A DNA stretch of 64,000 nucleotides from an uncultured delta proteobacterium (GCA_963847445.1 CAWJZV010000030.1:32001-96000), one strand, 5' to 3'. Shown: positions 29,715 through 42,256, numbered from the stretch's first letter. Numbers and translations are program-made. The notes: a model not told the origin generated them from the letters alone.

Positions 29715-30875
29715 ATGGATTCCGTTCTGATCCGCTATCACGAAATCGCTCTCAAAAAGGGCAACCGGGCTTATTTCACCGAGATGCTCAAGCGTAACAT
29801 CCTCGCCTCGGTCAAAGACTTGGGCGCCAAGGAAATCCGCAGTCTCCATGCCCGCTTGCTGCTGACTTTCAGAAACGAAATCGCGCCGGAGGTCATCGTC
29901 AAACGGATTTCCAGTGTGTTCGGCATCGCCAATTTCTCCCTGGTTCGGCGCACCGAGCGTGATATCGACGAATTGCGCAGGCAAATCTTGACCGGGATCA
30001 ATGGCAGCCAATTCGCCAGTTTCCGCATCGACACCCAGCGCGGCGACAAAAATTTTGCGCTAAACTCGGTGGAGATCAATCGCCAATTGGGCGCGGCGGT
30101 GCAAGAGAAATCCGGCGCCCGGGTCGACCTGACTAACCCTGAGTTCACCGTCTTCGTCGAAGTCTTGCCCAAGGATGCGTTCTTCGGTTTCAACAAACTG
30201 CCAGGCCCCGGCGGCCTGCCGGTGGGTGCCAGCGGACGGTTGGTGTCGCTGATCTCCGGCGGCTTCGACTCGCCGGTGGCGGCTTATCGCATGATGCAGC
30301 GCGGCTGCCGGGTGATCTTCGTGCACTTTCACAGCGCGCCCTACCAGGACAAGACTTCCCAGGACAAAGTGCGCGAGCTGGTCAAGCTGCTGACGCGCCA
30401 TCAGTTTCAATCGCGCCTCTACATGGTTCCCTTCGGCGAGATTCAACGCCAGATCGTCGCCGCGGTGGCGCGGCCTCTGCGCGTGGTGCTCTACCGGCGC
30501 ATGATGTTGCGCATCGCCGAGAAGATCGCCCGCAGCGAGAAAGCCAAGGCGCTCGTCACCGGCGAAAGCTTGGGCCAAGTGGCGTCGCAGACGTTGGAAA
30601 ACATGACGGTGATTCAACAAGCGGTAACCATGCCGATCCTGCGCCCGTTGGTGGGCATGGATAAGCAGGAGATCGTCGACCAGGCGCGCCGCATCGGTAC
30701 CTTCGATATTTCGTCAGTCCCCGACCAGGACTGCTGCCAGCTGTTCGTGCCGAAACACCCATCGACCAAGGCGAGATTCGATGAAGTCGCAGCGGACGAG
30801 ACGAAGCTCGATGTGAATGAATTAGTCGGCTACGGGTTGGAGAATGTGAGCGACGAGGATGTTACTTTTCCGTAA
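29715..30875 (+). CDS. thiI: tRNA 4-thiouridine synthase ThiI (THUMP + PP-loop, no rhodanese domain)
   Basis: YHEIALKKGNR, GGLPVG, SGGFDSPVA, TGESLGQVASQT, QDCC. Confidence 0.95.
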   Translation: MDSVLIRYHEIALKKGNRAYFTEMLKRNILASVKDLGAKEIRSLHARLLLTFRNEIAPEVIVKRISSVFGIANFSLVRRTERDIDELRRQILTGINGSQFASFRIDTQRGDKNFALNSVEINRQLGAAVQEKSGARVDLTNPEFTVFVEVLPKDAFFGFNKLPGPGGLPVGASGRLVSLISGGFDSPVAAYRMMQRGCRVIFVHFHSAPYQDKTSQDKVRELVKLLTRHQFQSRLYMVPFGEIQRQIVAAVARPLRVVLYRRMMLRIAEKIARSEKAKALVTGESLGQVASQTLENMTVIQQAVTMPILRPLVGMDKQEIVDQARRIGTFDISSVPDQDCCQLFVPKHPSTKARFDEVAADETKLDVNELVGYGLENVSDEDVTFP

Positions 30876-31005
30876 TAGCTAGACATCGCGCACTAGCCCT
30901 GAAAAACTGCCACAACCCTTAAGCGAAGCTTGAAACCTGTTGTCAAATGTTTGGCACTTGTCTTAATTGTGCCGGAGGCTGTGTTCTGATTCAGCTGAGG
31001 TAACG

Positions 31006-31908
31006 ATGAGGAACCGAACCTACGTTGTCGTCGCATTGATGCTCACGATTACTGCCGTGGCCGTTTTATCGCCCCAAGGGCCGCTCCAGAATGTCGCCAT
31101 CAGGACTTTTATATGGGCAACCGGCAATGGAGGGGGTTGTACGTTTGCGCAATGTGTCAATGAGATAGGGAATGGTCTGCTCGAAAAAGCGGAGAGTATC
31201 AAAGCCAAAAGTACTCTGATGACGACCAACCGAGACCTCGAGCTGTGGGACACTCCCTCCGGTCAATTCTGGAACCCCAAGGGAAACGCGCTGTTCTTCG
31301 ATCTGGCCGAGCAATCTTTCGATGTGTACCAAAGTAAACAGGGTGGAATCCGCGACGGCGACATCGTGCTTGATTGTGGAGCTAACGTGGGCACATTCAC
31401 TCGAACCGCCCTTATGCAAGGCGCTTCGCTTGTGGTCGCGTTCGACATCGATCCGCGCAACATCAAGAGCCTAAACGCGACGTTCTTCAAGGAAATTGCT
31501 GCCGGGACCGTCATTGTCGTGCCTGAAGGGGTGTGGCACCAAGACGACACTCTGGAGGCGAAGTTTTACTCGAACACAAACCTAAATACCATCACGATGG
31601 CGACCCGAACGGAAACCGACGAGAAACCAGAGATGGTTAGAGTTCCACTTACTAAGATCGACACGGTGGTAGAACGCCTTGGGTTGCCGCGTGTCGATTA
31701 CATCAAAATGGATGTCGAGGGAGCCGAGGCCGCTGCGCTTCGCGGTGCCCGTGCGACCATTACGCGATTCCATCCGAGAATGAGCATCGCTGTGGAAAAC
31801 GAACCGGGAGACATCGATACAATTCCGGCGCTCCGAGCGGCTTGGCAGATTAACCTGGATTCCGCGTGGCGAATGACGGAAGATTTCGACCATCCGCAAA
31901 CGTTTTGA
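31006..31908 (+). CDS. FkbM-family methyltransferase with N-terminal membrane anchor
   Basis: VLDCGANVG, VDYIKMDVEGAE. Confidence 0.88.
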   Translation: MRNRTYVVVALMLTITAVAVLSPQGPLQNVAIRTFIWATGNGGGCTFAQCVNEIGNGLLEKAESIKAKSTLMTTNRDLELWDTPSGQFWNPKGNALFFDLAEQSFDVYQSKQGGIRDGDIVLDCGANVGTFTRTALMQGASLVVAFDIDPRNIKSLNATFFKEIAAGTVIVVPEGVWHQDDTLEAKFYSNTNLNTITMATRTETDEKPEMVRVPLTKIDTVVERLGLPRVDYIKMDVEGAEAAALRGARATITRFHPRMSIAVENEPGDIDTIPALRAAWQINLDSAWRMTEDFDHPQTF

Positions 31909-31959
31909 CCGGCTGGAACCTGTGGAACGTTTGGAACCTTGGAACAAACCGCGAAGCGG

Positions 31960-32933
31960 TTACACATAGTGTTGTATCCGTTCCAAGCTCGGCGCAAAAA
32001 ACAATTCCTCGACCTGCGGATTTTTCTTAATCATCCCCTGCTCGAACTCGTAGCGGATCACGGCTTCTAACGCCTTGCGGTTGTCATCCAGATTATATGG
32101 CCAGGGGTCGGCGCCGAAGATTTCAGTTTGCTCGCGCATGAGATCTTGCACCCAGACCAGGGCGAAGCTGCGCGGGTCGCTGTTGCGGTTATAGCAGATT
32201 TGCTTGGCCCTCTCGAAGGCTTGCACCAGGCTGATGCCGACCCATGGATGTTTCTCAAGAACGTGGTTTTTCACCACCACCGTGTGCATGATCGGGAAGT
32301 GGCCGCCGTTTCTGATAATATTCGATCTCGGCTTTCTTCGGGATCGGGAAACAGCAGCGCAACTTTGGGATTGCCGGCGCGCATCGACGGCAGGGTTTCC
32401 GGATAGAGCGACGCTTCGAGCTCGCCGTCGACCAGCATCTGGTCGATGTTTTTGCCGTGGGGCACGCGTTTGACGTTCATCCAAGCGGCCGGTTCGAACG
32501 GGATGTCCTCTTCCTCCTGGCACCACCACTCAATGGTCTTCAAGTCGACGTGGTAATGATCCTGCAAGATGCCGCGCATCCACAGGCCGGCGGAGTTTTG
32601 CAAGGTATCGAGCGCGACTCTTTTGCCATTTAGGTCAGATGGTTTTTCGATGCCGCAGCCGGTGCGCTTGACCATGTACTGATGGCGAAAACGCCGGTGT
32701 GGGAATACCGGGATGGCGTTGTAGCCGCAGCCCTTGTCGCGTGACACCAGATAGCCAACTAACGACAGCTCGCAAACATCGAACTCTTCATGCTTCAACA
32801 TGCGGCCATGGCGCTCCGGCGAAGGCATGGTCAGCACATTCAGCTCGATTCCCTGCGGCTGGATCTCGCCGTTGATAAGCGGCCGGAGAAAATCATAATC
32901 GCCGCAAGCCAAGGTTAATTTAAGTTTTGCCAT
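31960..32933 (-). CDS. 4,5-dihydroxyphthalate decarboxylase-like / SBP-fold protein, frameshift ~32335
   Basis: LTLACGDYD, FDVCELSL, IPVFPHRRFRH, FPIMHTVVVK, DPWPY. Confidence 0.85.
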
Positions 32934-33526
32934 CTAGTCGCCTTTCACATGCTGCCGGTAAAGCTCCGGCGTATCGATATCGACAGTGATGCCGGCATCC
33001 TCCGTGTCGATCTCCAACGTGTCGTTGCGGTGCGCGTTGACCACCGCCTTGGCGCCCTGATCCATCGGCGCCCTCGAGCAATTCATCAAACAACATCACC
33101 GAGAAAATCACCGGGTGGCCGCGCTTGCCCCGGTGGCGCGGGACGACGATCGCGTACGTCGACTCGTCAAAGCGCTCGGAGCATGAGGCTCACAAGCTTA
33201 GGATCGATATAAGGATGATCGACCAAATGAACCATCATGCCGCTGCAATTTTTCATCGCCTGCAAATGACGCACGGCGACATGAAGCGACGACAACTGTC
33301 CAAGTGGGTAGTCGGGATTGACGAGAATCTCCACCGGCAGATGGGCGATTTGCCGCCGCATCTCCTCGGCTTCAAAGCCCAGAACCACAATGATGCGCTC
33401 GACGCCGCCTTGCTTGAGCGCACCGACGATCCGCTCGATAAATGTCTGCCCGTCGATCGGCAACAGCGCTTTGGGCCGGCCCATGCGGCTCGATTCACCG
33501 GCGGAAAGAACTACAGCGACGATCAT
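32934..33526 (-). CDS. mocA: MocA-like molybdenum cofactor cytidylyltransferase (NTP_transf_3), frameshift ~33180
   Basis: LSAGESSRMGRPKALL, VDHP, GHPVIF, GAKAVV, DIDTPE. Confidence 0.8.
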
Positions 33527-33558
33527 GAGTTGATTCGATGAGGTGTAGCGTCGTCAGA

Positions 33559-33648
33559 AATCTCCCCTAACCCCTCTTTTTCAAAGAGGGGAAACGATCC
33601 GAGTCCAGGAGCTTCCCCCTTTGAAAAAGGGGGACTGAGGGGGATTTT
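33559..33648. repeat. CCCCCTTTGAAAAAGGGGG-type palindromic element (degenerate copy at 25363-25392)
   Basis: AATCTCCCCTAACCCCTCTTTTTCAAAGAGGGG...CCCCCTTTGAAAAAGGGGGACTGAGGGGGATT. Confidence 0.65.
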
Positions 33649-33708
33649 CTTAACGCTAGAAATCCAATCGGACATGACAACAAACCTTCAGTTACATGGA
33701 ACTCGCGA

Positions 33709-34704
33709 TCACTTGTAGATCTTGTCGATAAAGCCGCTCTTTTCGAGCTCGCGCACGATGCTGTCGTCGACTATATCCTCGACGCGCAATGTAGCGCCGG
33801 GCTTGCGAGCCAAAGCCTCTTTGATCTGGACCTCAGTTCCTTCTCGGGTTACCAATGGAACGCGATCATGCAACTTTACATTGGCGGCCCAGGAGGACTC
33901 TAAGAACTGCGGATTATTCTGACGCGTGTACTTGGCGATGAATTTCATGGTCTCTTGTTTGCGGGTCTTGAGAAAATGGGTCGCTTCTATCAGCGCCATC
34001 GTGAGCTTTCTCATGGTTTCCCGGTTGCTCGCCAGATAACTTTTTGCGGTGGTCGAGCAAATATACGGAAAATCGAAACGCTTTTGAAAGTCCGCCGTGC
34101 TGATCATGATCCGATGGGGCATGCCCTTGGCGAGGTGAATCGTTCCGGGGGGTGATGGGAAGCCGACGATTTTACCGGTCCTGAAACGCCGCCGCCCGTT
34201 CCGAAGGGCCGCCCACCTGCATGATCGGCACATCTTTCACCGGCTCCAAACCCAGCCCTTTGATCAGTACCCTTGCCGCGACGTCCGAAGCACTCCCGAC
34301 GCGGCTGATACCAACATTCTTGCCTTTTAGATCTTCGATCGATTTGACCGACTCCTGAACCACCAGTTCGTAGGGCAAGGTATTGATGTAGCACGCGGTC
34401 ATCACCAAATTAGCCCCAGCCACGACTGCACTCGCCACTGCGCCGCCGGAGCTGTTGGCAATCTGAATATCGCCCGAGACCAACGTGGAAACGCTCATGG
34501 TCGAGCTCTGGATGAAGATGAGTTCGACGTCCAAACCATGCTTCCGATAGATGCCGCCATCCAAGGCGGTGAACCATACGACGTTGGACGCGTCGGCCGA
34601 GCTGTAGGCGATCTTGACGCGCTCCTGAGCCGCGCCCGGAGCGTAACTTCCGATAGACGCGAATACCAAATAACGACAAGCCAACAGCTGATTCGGTTTA
34701 CCAT
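33709..34704 (-). CDS. NitT/TauT-family ABC substrate-binding protein, frameshifted
   Basis: KHGLDVELIFIQS, LKGKNVGISRVGSASD, VRELEKSGFIDKIYK. Confidence 0.88.
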
Positions 34705-34840
34705 GCCAATTAACCTCCTGCTTCGAATCGCTCATACGCGAGCGGTCGCAACCAAAGTTATGAACTATCTCAATCGCGATCAGCGAATCAACAAGACGAG
34801 AAAGCCGGTTCGGGCTACCCGTGCGGCGAGCTTATCGAGG

Positions 34841-35967
34841 TCACTGTTCCGTGGGCAGCGCCATGCACTCGCCCGCCGGCAACTCGACCCAGACCGGATC
34901 GCCGCGGCGGACTTGCAAGGTGTAGCGCTGATGAGTCTGCAAAATATTCTTGCCGAGCTCGATGGTGCAGTCGACGTATTCACCCAAAAACATGGCAGCG
35001 CCGATTTTACCTTCGATAACGTTCGCACAAGTTGGTTGGCTTCTGCAGGTGCAGATTAAGGCTCTCAGGCCGCACCACGACAACCACCTTGCTGCCCGCA
35101 GTCAAGCCATCGAGGATGCCGCAAGAGATCTCGCCGTCGTCGGTGCGCACCGTCGCCGTGCCGTTTCCTTCCAGTCTGGTCACCTGGCCGGTCATCTGAT
35201 TGGTCGAACCGATAAAGTTGGCGACGAATTTGGTTTTCGGTTGCAGATAGATATCCCGCGGCGCGCCCTCCTGGACGATCACGCCGGAGTTCATCACCGC
35301 GATGACATTGGACATCGACAAGGCTTCGATCTGGTCATGGGTCACGTAGAGAGTCGTGATGCGCAGGCGGCGCTGCAACTCGCGCAGCTCGAAGCGCATG
35401 CGCTCGCGCAGTTTGGCATCGAGATTACTGAGCGGCTCGTCCAAGAGCAGCACCAGCGGTTCGCGCACCAAGGCGCGGGCCAGCGCGAGGCGCTGCTGCT
35501 GCCCGCCGGAGAGCTGCGTCGCCATGCGATCTTCGTAGCCGTCCAATTCCACCTGCTCCGAGAGCGGTGCGAACCTTCTTTTTGCACGTCGGCACTACTG
35601 ACTTTCTGTTTTCCCACGCGCAAAGGAAATGCGACGTTTTCGAATACCGTCATATGCGGCCAGATGGCGTAGCTCTGAAAAACCATGCCGATGGGGCGAC
35701 GGTAGGCGGGCACAACGTGCCGTCGTCGGCCGAAAAAACTTTCTTGCCGGCGACGAGGATCTCGCCGCCGTTGGCCTTTTCCAAACCGGCGATGCAGCGC
35801 AGGGTGGTGGTCTTGCCGCAGCCCGAGGGTCCGAGCAAAGTATAAAAACGCCCTTCTTCGACCTTGAACGATATGTCGTTGACGGCCTTGACACCCGCGT
35901 TCTCGCCGTCTTCGTAGATTTTAACCAGAGACTTTATTTCAATACAAATTTTCTCTTGGTTAACCAT
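34841..35967 (-). CDS. ABC ATP-binding protein (PotA/FbpC-like, TOBE), frameshifted
   Basis: [47 protein letters not shown]. Confidence 0.92.
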
Positions 35968-36045
35968 TGAACCGCTTCGCAGAGTTGGAATACATGTGCT
36001 CCGAATTCAAAGCTTGAACTGTTTAGAACGACTTGAACCCTTCTC

Positions 36046-37773
36046 CTATGTTTGGATGCCCACTTTGCCGGTGAGCTTGTAGAAGATCGCCGACGATCGA
36101 TAGCAAGGTAACGATCATCAAAACGCCGATGGCCGCGACCACGGTCACCTGTCCTTGCTCGAACATGGTGAAGAGCAGAATCGACAGCACCCGGCTTTCG
36201 CCGGTGGCGAGCAAGACCGACGTGGAAAATTCCCGAAACGACACGATGCAGATGTAAATCCACCCCGCCGCCAAGCCGGGCCGCAAGAGCGGCAACGTAA
36301 CGCGTTTGAACGGTTCCCACCAGGAAGCGCCGGAAGCCGCCGCGGCCTCTTCCAATTCGCTGTGAATTTGTAAAATCGATCCCGAGGCCGCGCGCATGCC
36401 GTACGGAATAAAGCGGGTGACATAGGCGATCAGCAAAACCCAGATCGTGCCGTAAATCGGAATTGGAAAAGCGACATAGAGCAGGATCAATGCCATGCCC
36501 ATGACGATGCCAGGGATCGTAATCGGCACGAAGGCGAGAAAATCGAGGATCCACGAGCCCGGCAACCGGCTCTTGTAAACGATCCACGCGACCAGCGAAG
36601 TCAGCACCATCGCCACCGTCGCCGTCAGCGTCGAGAGGATGATGCTGTTTTGCATCGCATCCCAAAACGGTCGAAAACCGCCAAGATAGCGATAGTTGTC
36701 GAGACTGAGCTTGCTGACGGCGTCCCAACTCGGCGCCGCGAAGAACGGCAGAAAGGACGCCCAGAACAAGACTAAAAACGGCAGCAGCACGACGAATAAG
36801 AAGTAGCCGGTCAAGAAATCCGAAACCGGCCCAGCGCCAGGCGCCGAGATCGAACTGCCGCGGCCGAAACGCTTTGCCGGTAACGGTCTGGAATTTCTTT
36901 CCTTCTTTGGTCGCGCGCGTGTACAACCACACGCCGATCGCGCTTAGCAGCAGCAAGCCCACCGCCAGCGCGCCGCCGCGGCCATAATCCGGCGGATACT
37001 CGTTAAACGCCAGATAAGATCTCGCTGGTATAAACGTAGATGCGCGCCGGAATGCCGATCAACGCCGGGGTCTCGAAGGATTCCAAGGTGCGCACAAACA
37101 GGATCAGCATCACCGAACCCGCCGTCGGCATCAGCAGCCTCAACGTTACCCGTCTAAACGTCTGCCAGGTGTTGGCGCCGGACATCATCGCCGATTCTTC
37201 CAAGGAGGGGTCCATTGATTTGAACGCGGCGACCATCAATAAGAAGGCCAATGGCACCTGCCCCACCGAATGGACCCAGATCATGCCCGGCAAGGAAAAG
37301 ACGTTGAACGGCGGCGATTGCAGGCCGAACAAATTCATCAGCCAGACGTTCATGTAACCGAACTTTGGACTCAACAGAAAAATCCACGCGATCGACTCCA
37401 AAACGCCGGGAAGAATCAACGGCACCACGGCGATGGGCACAAAAATACTTCGCATCGGCGTATTGGTCCGCTCGGTGAGCCAGGCGAGCATGGTGCCGAG
37501 AATGAAACTGAGCCCGGCGGAACCCGAGGCAAAGATCAATGAGTTGAGAAAAGTCGAGTAGGTGTATTCGCTGGCGTAGGCGGCATGGTAGTTCTTGAGC
37601 GTGTAGACGAACTCCCGCGGCGCCACTTCCGCCTGGAAGCTGCCGACAAACAGCATCAGCAGCGGCAGAACCGCTAGATAAACCAGGACGCCGGCGCCGA
37701 CCACCGGGATCAGCAGCGCCGGATCCAAACTCATACTCATTTTTCCGGTACGGGGAATTGCCGCAGTCGCCAT
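36046..37773 (-). CDS. FbpB-like duplicated ABC permease, frameshifted
   Basis: DPSLEESAMMSGA and ELEEAAAASGA EAA motifs; many transmembrane segments. Confidence 0.9.
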
Positions 37774-37815
37774 AAATCAGCCTCGTAAGAGTAGACGCAG
37801 CGAGATACCGCCGCG

Positions 37816-38843
37816 CTATCTCAGCTTGAAGATTTCCTTCCAGATTTTATCGTACTTCGGAAATTCTTTGAGATCCGCGACCGTAATGAAATAGGTTTTC
37901 TCCGTGCGGGTCTTTTCCGTCGGTTCGACCTTTGGATGAGCCGGATTGCGCCCGCCTTGGGACATCACTTTCTGACCTTCCTGGCTGGCCATCCAGCGGG
38001 CAAACAGCAATGCCGTGTTCGGGTGCGGCGCGCCTTTGAAGATCGCCGTGGCGTTGATCGAGGCCACGCCTTCGCTGAGCATGTAGTTTACCGGCGCGCC
38101 CTTCTTGATGCGGCTCGGATAGTGGTGCGAGTAACAGGTCAAACAAACCGCCGCCTGACCGGCCACGAGCAACTCGGCCAATTGCGAGTGGCCTTTATGA
38201 AATTCGACGTTGTTCGCCGCGACTTTTTTCCAATAGTCGATGGCCTTCTCGTCGCTCTTGAACTTGTACTTGGCAAATGCCAGCAACATCTCCAGGTCGC
38301 GCGGCTCGGCGATCAGGCGGCCTTTCCAGCGCGGATGGATGAAGTCATCGTAAGACTTTTCGGTTCTTCCTCTTTTTTGACCAGGTTGGTATTCCATGAA
38401 GCGATAAAATATTGCAGGTCCGAAGAGATCCAAAATGCGCCCTTCAACCCCGCCGGATAGTCCGCCGCTTCCGGCAAGTTGGTGTCGAGCAGCAAGCCCT
38501 GATCATGGGCCTGGGTGACGTTTTCCAACGGCACTTGTAAGACATCCGCTAAAGTCTTGCCGCCGCGCGCCTCGGTGACGGCTCGGGCGACCAGCTTATC
38601 CGAGGTCGCATCGACGTGGTTGATCTTGATGCCGGGAAAGCGTTTTTCGAACACCGGCAAGATCTTTTCGGCGTTGACCTGGGCCAAAGTCCCATAGAAA
38701 TTGAGCGTCCCGCCTTCCTTCACGGCCAATTTGTGCAGGTCATCGAGACTCTGGGCAAGCACAAAACCAGGCAGACTCAGCGCCGCGACAAGCGCAATCG
38801 CGCTGAGTTTGTAGCCTTGTCGAATCCGTCGAATCAACCCCAT
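37816..38843 (-). CDS. ABC substrate-binding protein (paralog 1 of tandem triplet)
   Basis: FEKRFPGIKINHVDATSDKL, NNVEFHKGHSQLAELLVAGQ; frameshift ~38360. Confidence 0.9.
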
Positions 38844-39040
38844 AGCACAACCTCCAACAGTGAATAATTAAGTGATTCTACGCTTTTTTAAGCGCAGCGA
38901 TACCTAATACTACAATCTTTTCTTGAGTCAAGAATACCCGGCATTAACCCGTTGTCGATGCGGCAAAACCCTGCGGGCCGACCCGGGTTGGTCGCCCGCA
39001 GGCAGATTCGCGATCAATTTTGCCGCGACACGGACCAGCT

Positions 39041-40067
39041 CTAGCGTATTTTGAACACTTCCTTCCAGACTTTTTCGTAGCGGCGCCATTCCTTTATTTC
39101 ATCCGTGCCGATCGGATAGAGCACTGCCGGGCGAATCTTCTCCACCGGTTCCACCTTCGGATGCGGCGGCAGACGGCCTCCCGCCGCATAGGCTTTCTGC
39201 CCTTCTTCGCTGGCGGACCAGCGGTAAAAAAGCCGTGCCGCGTTGGGATGCGGAGCGTCCTTAGCCAAGGCATTGGCGGTGATCGTGGCGATGCCTTCGG
39301 TGAGCATGTAACCCAGCGGCGCGCCCTTTTTGATTCGCGGCGGGTAGTGGTGCGCATAACAGGTCAGGCAGGCGGCGGCTTGGCCGGCCACGAGGAATTC
39401 AGCGAGCTCGGAATGACCCTTGTGGAATTCCACATTATTGGCCGCGAGCGCGGCGCAGAAAGTCATAGGCCTTTTCGTCGTTCTTATACTTGTGCCGGGC
39501 CAAGGCGATCAACAATTCGACGTCCCGTGCTTCGGCGATCAATTTCCCTTTCCATTTGGGATCGGCGAAGTCGTCGAACTGCTTGGGCTCGTCCTCTTTC
39601 TTCACCATACTGGTGTTCCACGAGGCGGTAATGATCACCATGTCCCCGGCCAACCAATTCGTTCCCTTGAAATTGGCCGGATAAGCCGCGGCTTCAGGCG
39701 GGAGCCATTCAAGCGTCAGCTTCTGATCGATCACCTGCAGGACGTTTTCAAGCGCCATTTGAAAAACATCGGAAAAGACCCGGCCGCCGCGCGCTTCGGT
39801 GATCGCCCTGGCGGCGAGCTTGTCCGCGGTGGCATCGACGTGATTGACCTTGAGGCCGGGGAAACGCTTCTCGAATACCGGCAGAATTCTTTCCGCATTG
39901 ATTTGCGCGAGAGTGGCATAAAAATTAACTACGCCGCCCTCCTTAATCGCCGCCTTGTGCAGTTCGTCCCAGGTCTGGGCGCCCGCCGTCGAGAACGCCG
40001 CAAGAAAGCCATAGCCCAGTACGAGACTCAAGATCTTCAAAGAAACCTTGTTGTGTTTCGCAAACAT
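39041..40067 (-). CDS. ABC substrate-binding protein (paralog 2)
   Basis: Same motifs; frameshift ~39460. Confidence 0.9.
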
Positions 40068-40121
40068 TATTCCTCCTGTGATTATCGAAACGTCCCGCTC
40101 GTCGTTGTTGCAGCAATTTGC

Positions 40122-41132
40122 CTATCTGAGCTTAAATACTTCCTTCCACGCTTTTTCGAATTTGCTGTATTGCTTCAGGTCCTCGACGCCGACGGCGTAA
40201 ATGACCGCCGGGCGGATTTTTTCGCTGAGCTCGACTTTCGGGTGTGCCGGCGTTCTGCCCCCTTTGGAGTAAACGGTTTGTCCCTCTTCCGACGCCGCCC
40301 AACGGTTGAATAGCCAGGCGGTATTGGGATGCGGCGCGTTTTTCATCACGGCCACTGCGATAATACCTGCCGCGCCTTCACTGAGCATATAATCCACCGG
40401 CGCGCCCTTACGCTTGCGCGACGGATAATGGTGCGAATAGCAGGTGAAACATGCCGCCGCCTGACCCGCGACCAAAAGTTCGGCGAGCTGCGAATGGCCT
40501 TTATGGAATTCGACGTTGTTGGCGGCGATCCTGGCCAGCACGGCGCGCGCTTTTTCCAGGCTCTTGTGCTTGTGCGTGAGCGCGATCAAGATTTCATAAT
40601 CCCGCGGCTCGGCGATCAGCCGCCCTTTCCAGCGCGAGTCGCCGAAATCGTCGAGAAACTTCGGCTCCTCTTCCTTCTTGACCTTATCGGTATTCCAGGC
40701 GCCAACGAAGAAGATCAAATTGTTGGCGGTCCAATACGGGCCTTTTAAGTTCGCCGGATAGGCTGCCGCCTCCGGCGGAGCCTTGTCCAGGATCAAGCCC
40801 TGCTCGTGTATCTTATTGATGTCTTCCAGGCCGAACTCGACAACGTCAGCGAGAGTCTTGCCGCCGCGAGCTTCGGTGATCGCGCGCGCGGATAATTTAT
40901 CGGAAGTTGCATCGACGTGGTTGATCTTGATGCCGGGGAAGCGCTTCTCGAAAACCGGGTAAATCTTCTCCGCGTTGATTTGCGCGAGCGAACAGTAGCA
41001 ATTGAGCACGCCATCTTCTTTGAGCGCCTTCTTGTACAGCTCATCGAGGGTTTCGCTTTGCGCAAAAATCGCTGGCGAACTGATCGCCAATGCACCCAAC
41101 ATTGCACATAGCCAGGCAACTATTTTCAACAT
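40122..41132 (-). CDS. ABC substrate-binding protein (paralog 3)
   Basis: Same motifs; intact ORF with signal peptide. Confidence 0.92.
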   Translation of the reverse strand: MLKIVAWLCAMLGALAISSPAIFAQSETLDELYKKALKEDGVLNCYCSLAQINAEKIYPVFEKRFPGIKINHVDATSDKLSARAITEARGGKTLADVVEFGLEDINKIHEQGLILDKAPPEAAAYPANLKGPYWTANNLIFFVGAWNTDKVKKEEEPKFLDDFGDSRWKGRLIAEPRDYEILIALTHKHKSLEKARAVLARIAANNVEFHKGHSQLAELLVAGQAAACFTCYSHHYPSRKRKGAPVDYMLSEGAAGIIAVAVMKNAPHPNTAWLFNRWAASEEGQTVYSKGGRTPAHPKVELSEKIRPAVIYAVGVEDLKQYSKFEKAWKEVFKLR

Positions 41133-41173
41133 TTGGAACCTCCTTTTTTGACCCAAAACCCAACAGTCCAATA

Positions 41174-42256
41174 TTATTTCTTTACCGGAGTCTTCAAAAC
41201 CGTCTGCAACTTATTCTTCAAATCGCTAGGCATGCCGAGAAACTCGGTGACCAGCTTGGTGATCGTGCTGCCGATCAGCGGATCGATCTCCAAGCGGCCT
41301 TTGTCGGCGTCGGCGATCAGTTCCTTGTCTTTGAACACTTTGGCGAAGGCACTTTCGAGAGCCGCGGCGCGGTCCGCCGGCACCCCTGCCGGTATCACAT
41401 AGACTTTGCCGAAGTCGTTGGGCGTGCTGGTGCCGTACTTGAGCAGCAAACGCTGCTCTTCGGAGCGGGCAATCTTCTGGATCGTCGGCACGTTGGGCAC
41501 GATCAAGTCCTTCATCGGGGTTTCGGTCAGTTGCGCCAGGACCACCCACTCGCCGCTCTTCACTTTGTCCATGGACGTTACTTTCGACGACGTCCAAGTG
41601 TTGAAGAAGCCGTCGACCTCGCCGCTGTCCAAGGCCAACCGCACGTCGGCGGTGCCTTTGTAGCCGGAAACGACTTTGAGATTGGTGTTGAGTACTTCTC
41701 TGACCATGATCGGCGCGTGCTCGACGGTGGAGCCGGGGATCGCCCCCATGGTCAACTGCTTGCCCTTCTCACCTCTGACCTCGTCAAACTTGGTAATGCC
41801 GGTACGCTTATGGGCGATCATCAGATAGCTTTCACTAACCGGCACGGCAAGATAGCGGAACTTGGCCATATCGTATTGCACCGCCGGATTGCCGAAGAGC
41901 TGCTCTAGGACGATGGGACCGGAAAGATTGCCGATAACTGTGCCGTCCTTGGGCGCGGCGTTATACATATGATTGGCCGCGATCATGCTGCCGGCGCCGG
42001 CCATGTTGTCGACCAGGACGTTCGGGTTGCCGGGGATATGGCGCGACAAGTGGCGCGCGATGAGCCGGGAGTACTGGTCGTAACCGCCGCCGGCGGAAAA
42101 GCCGACGACGATGCGCACGGTCTTGCCGCGGTAGAAGTCAGCCAGCGCTTTTTCGTCGAATGCCGGCTTCGCTGGCGCCGGTTGAGCGGCGAAGACGTTT
42201 GGCGTGATCAGAGCGACCCCGGCCAGCAACAGAAATAGTCCATTTTTTAGATGCAT
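41174..42256 (-). CDS. Tripartite tricarboxylate transporter substrate-binding protein (Bug/TctC)
   Basis: VGFSAGGGYD, NMAGAG, GYKGTAD, GEVDG. Confidence 0.92.
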   Translation of the reverse strand: MHLKNGLFLLLAGVALITPNVFAAQPAPAKPAFDEKALADFYRGKTVRIVVGFSAGGGYDQYSRLIARHLSRHIPGNPNVLVDNMAGAGSMIAANHMYNAAPKDGTVIGNLSGPIVLEQLFGNPAVQYDMAKFRYLAVPVSESYLMIAHKRTGITKFDEVRGEKGKQLTMGAIPGSTVEHAPIMVREVLNTNLKVVSGYKGTADVRLALDSGEVDGFFNTWTSSKVTSMDKVKSGEWVVLAQLTETPMKDLIVPNVPTIQKIARSEEQRLLLKYGTSTPNDFGKVYVIPAGVPADRAAALESAFAKVFKDKELIADADKGRLEIDPLIGSTITKLVTEFLGMPSDLKNKLQTVLKTPVKK

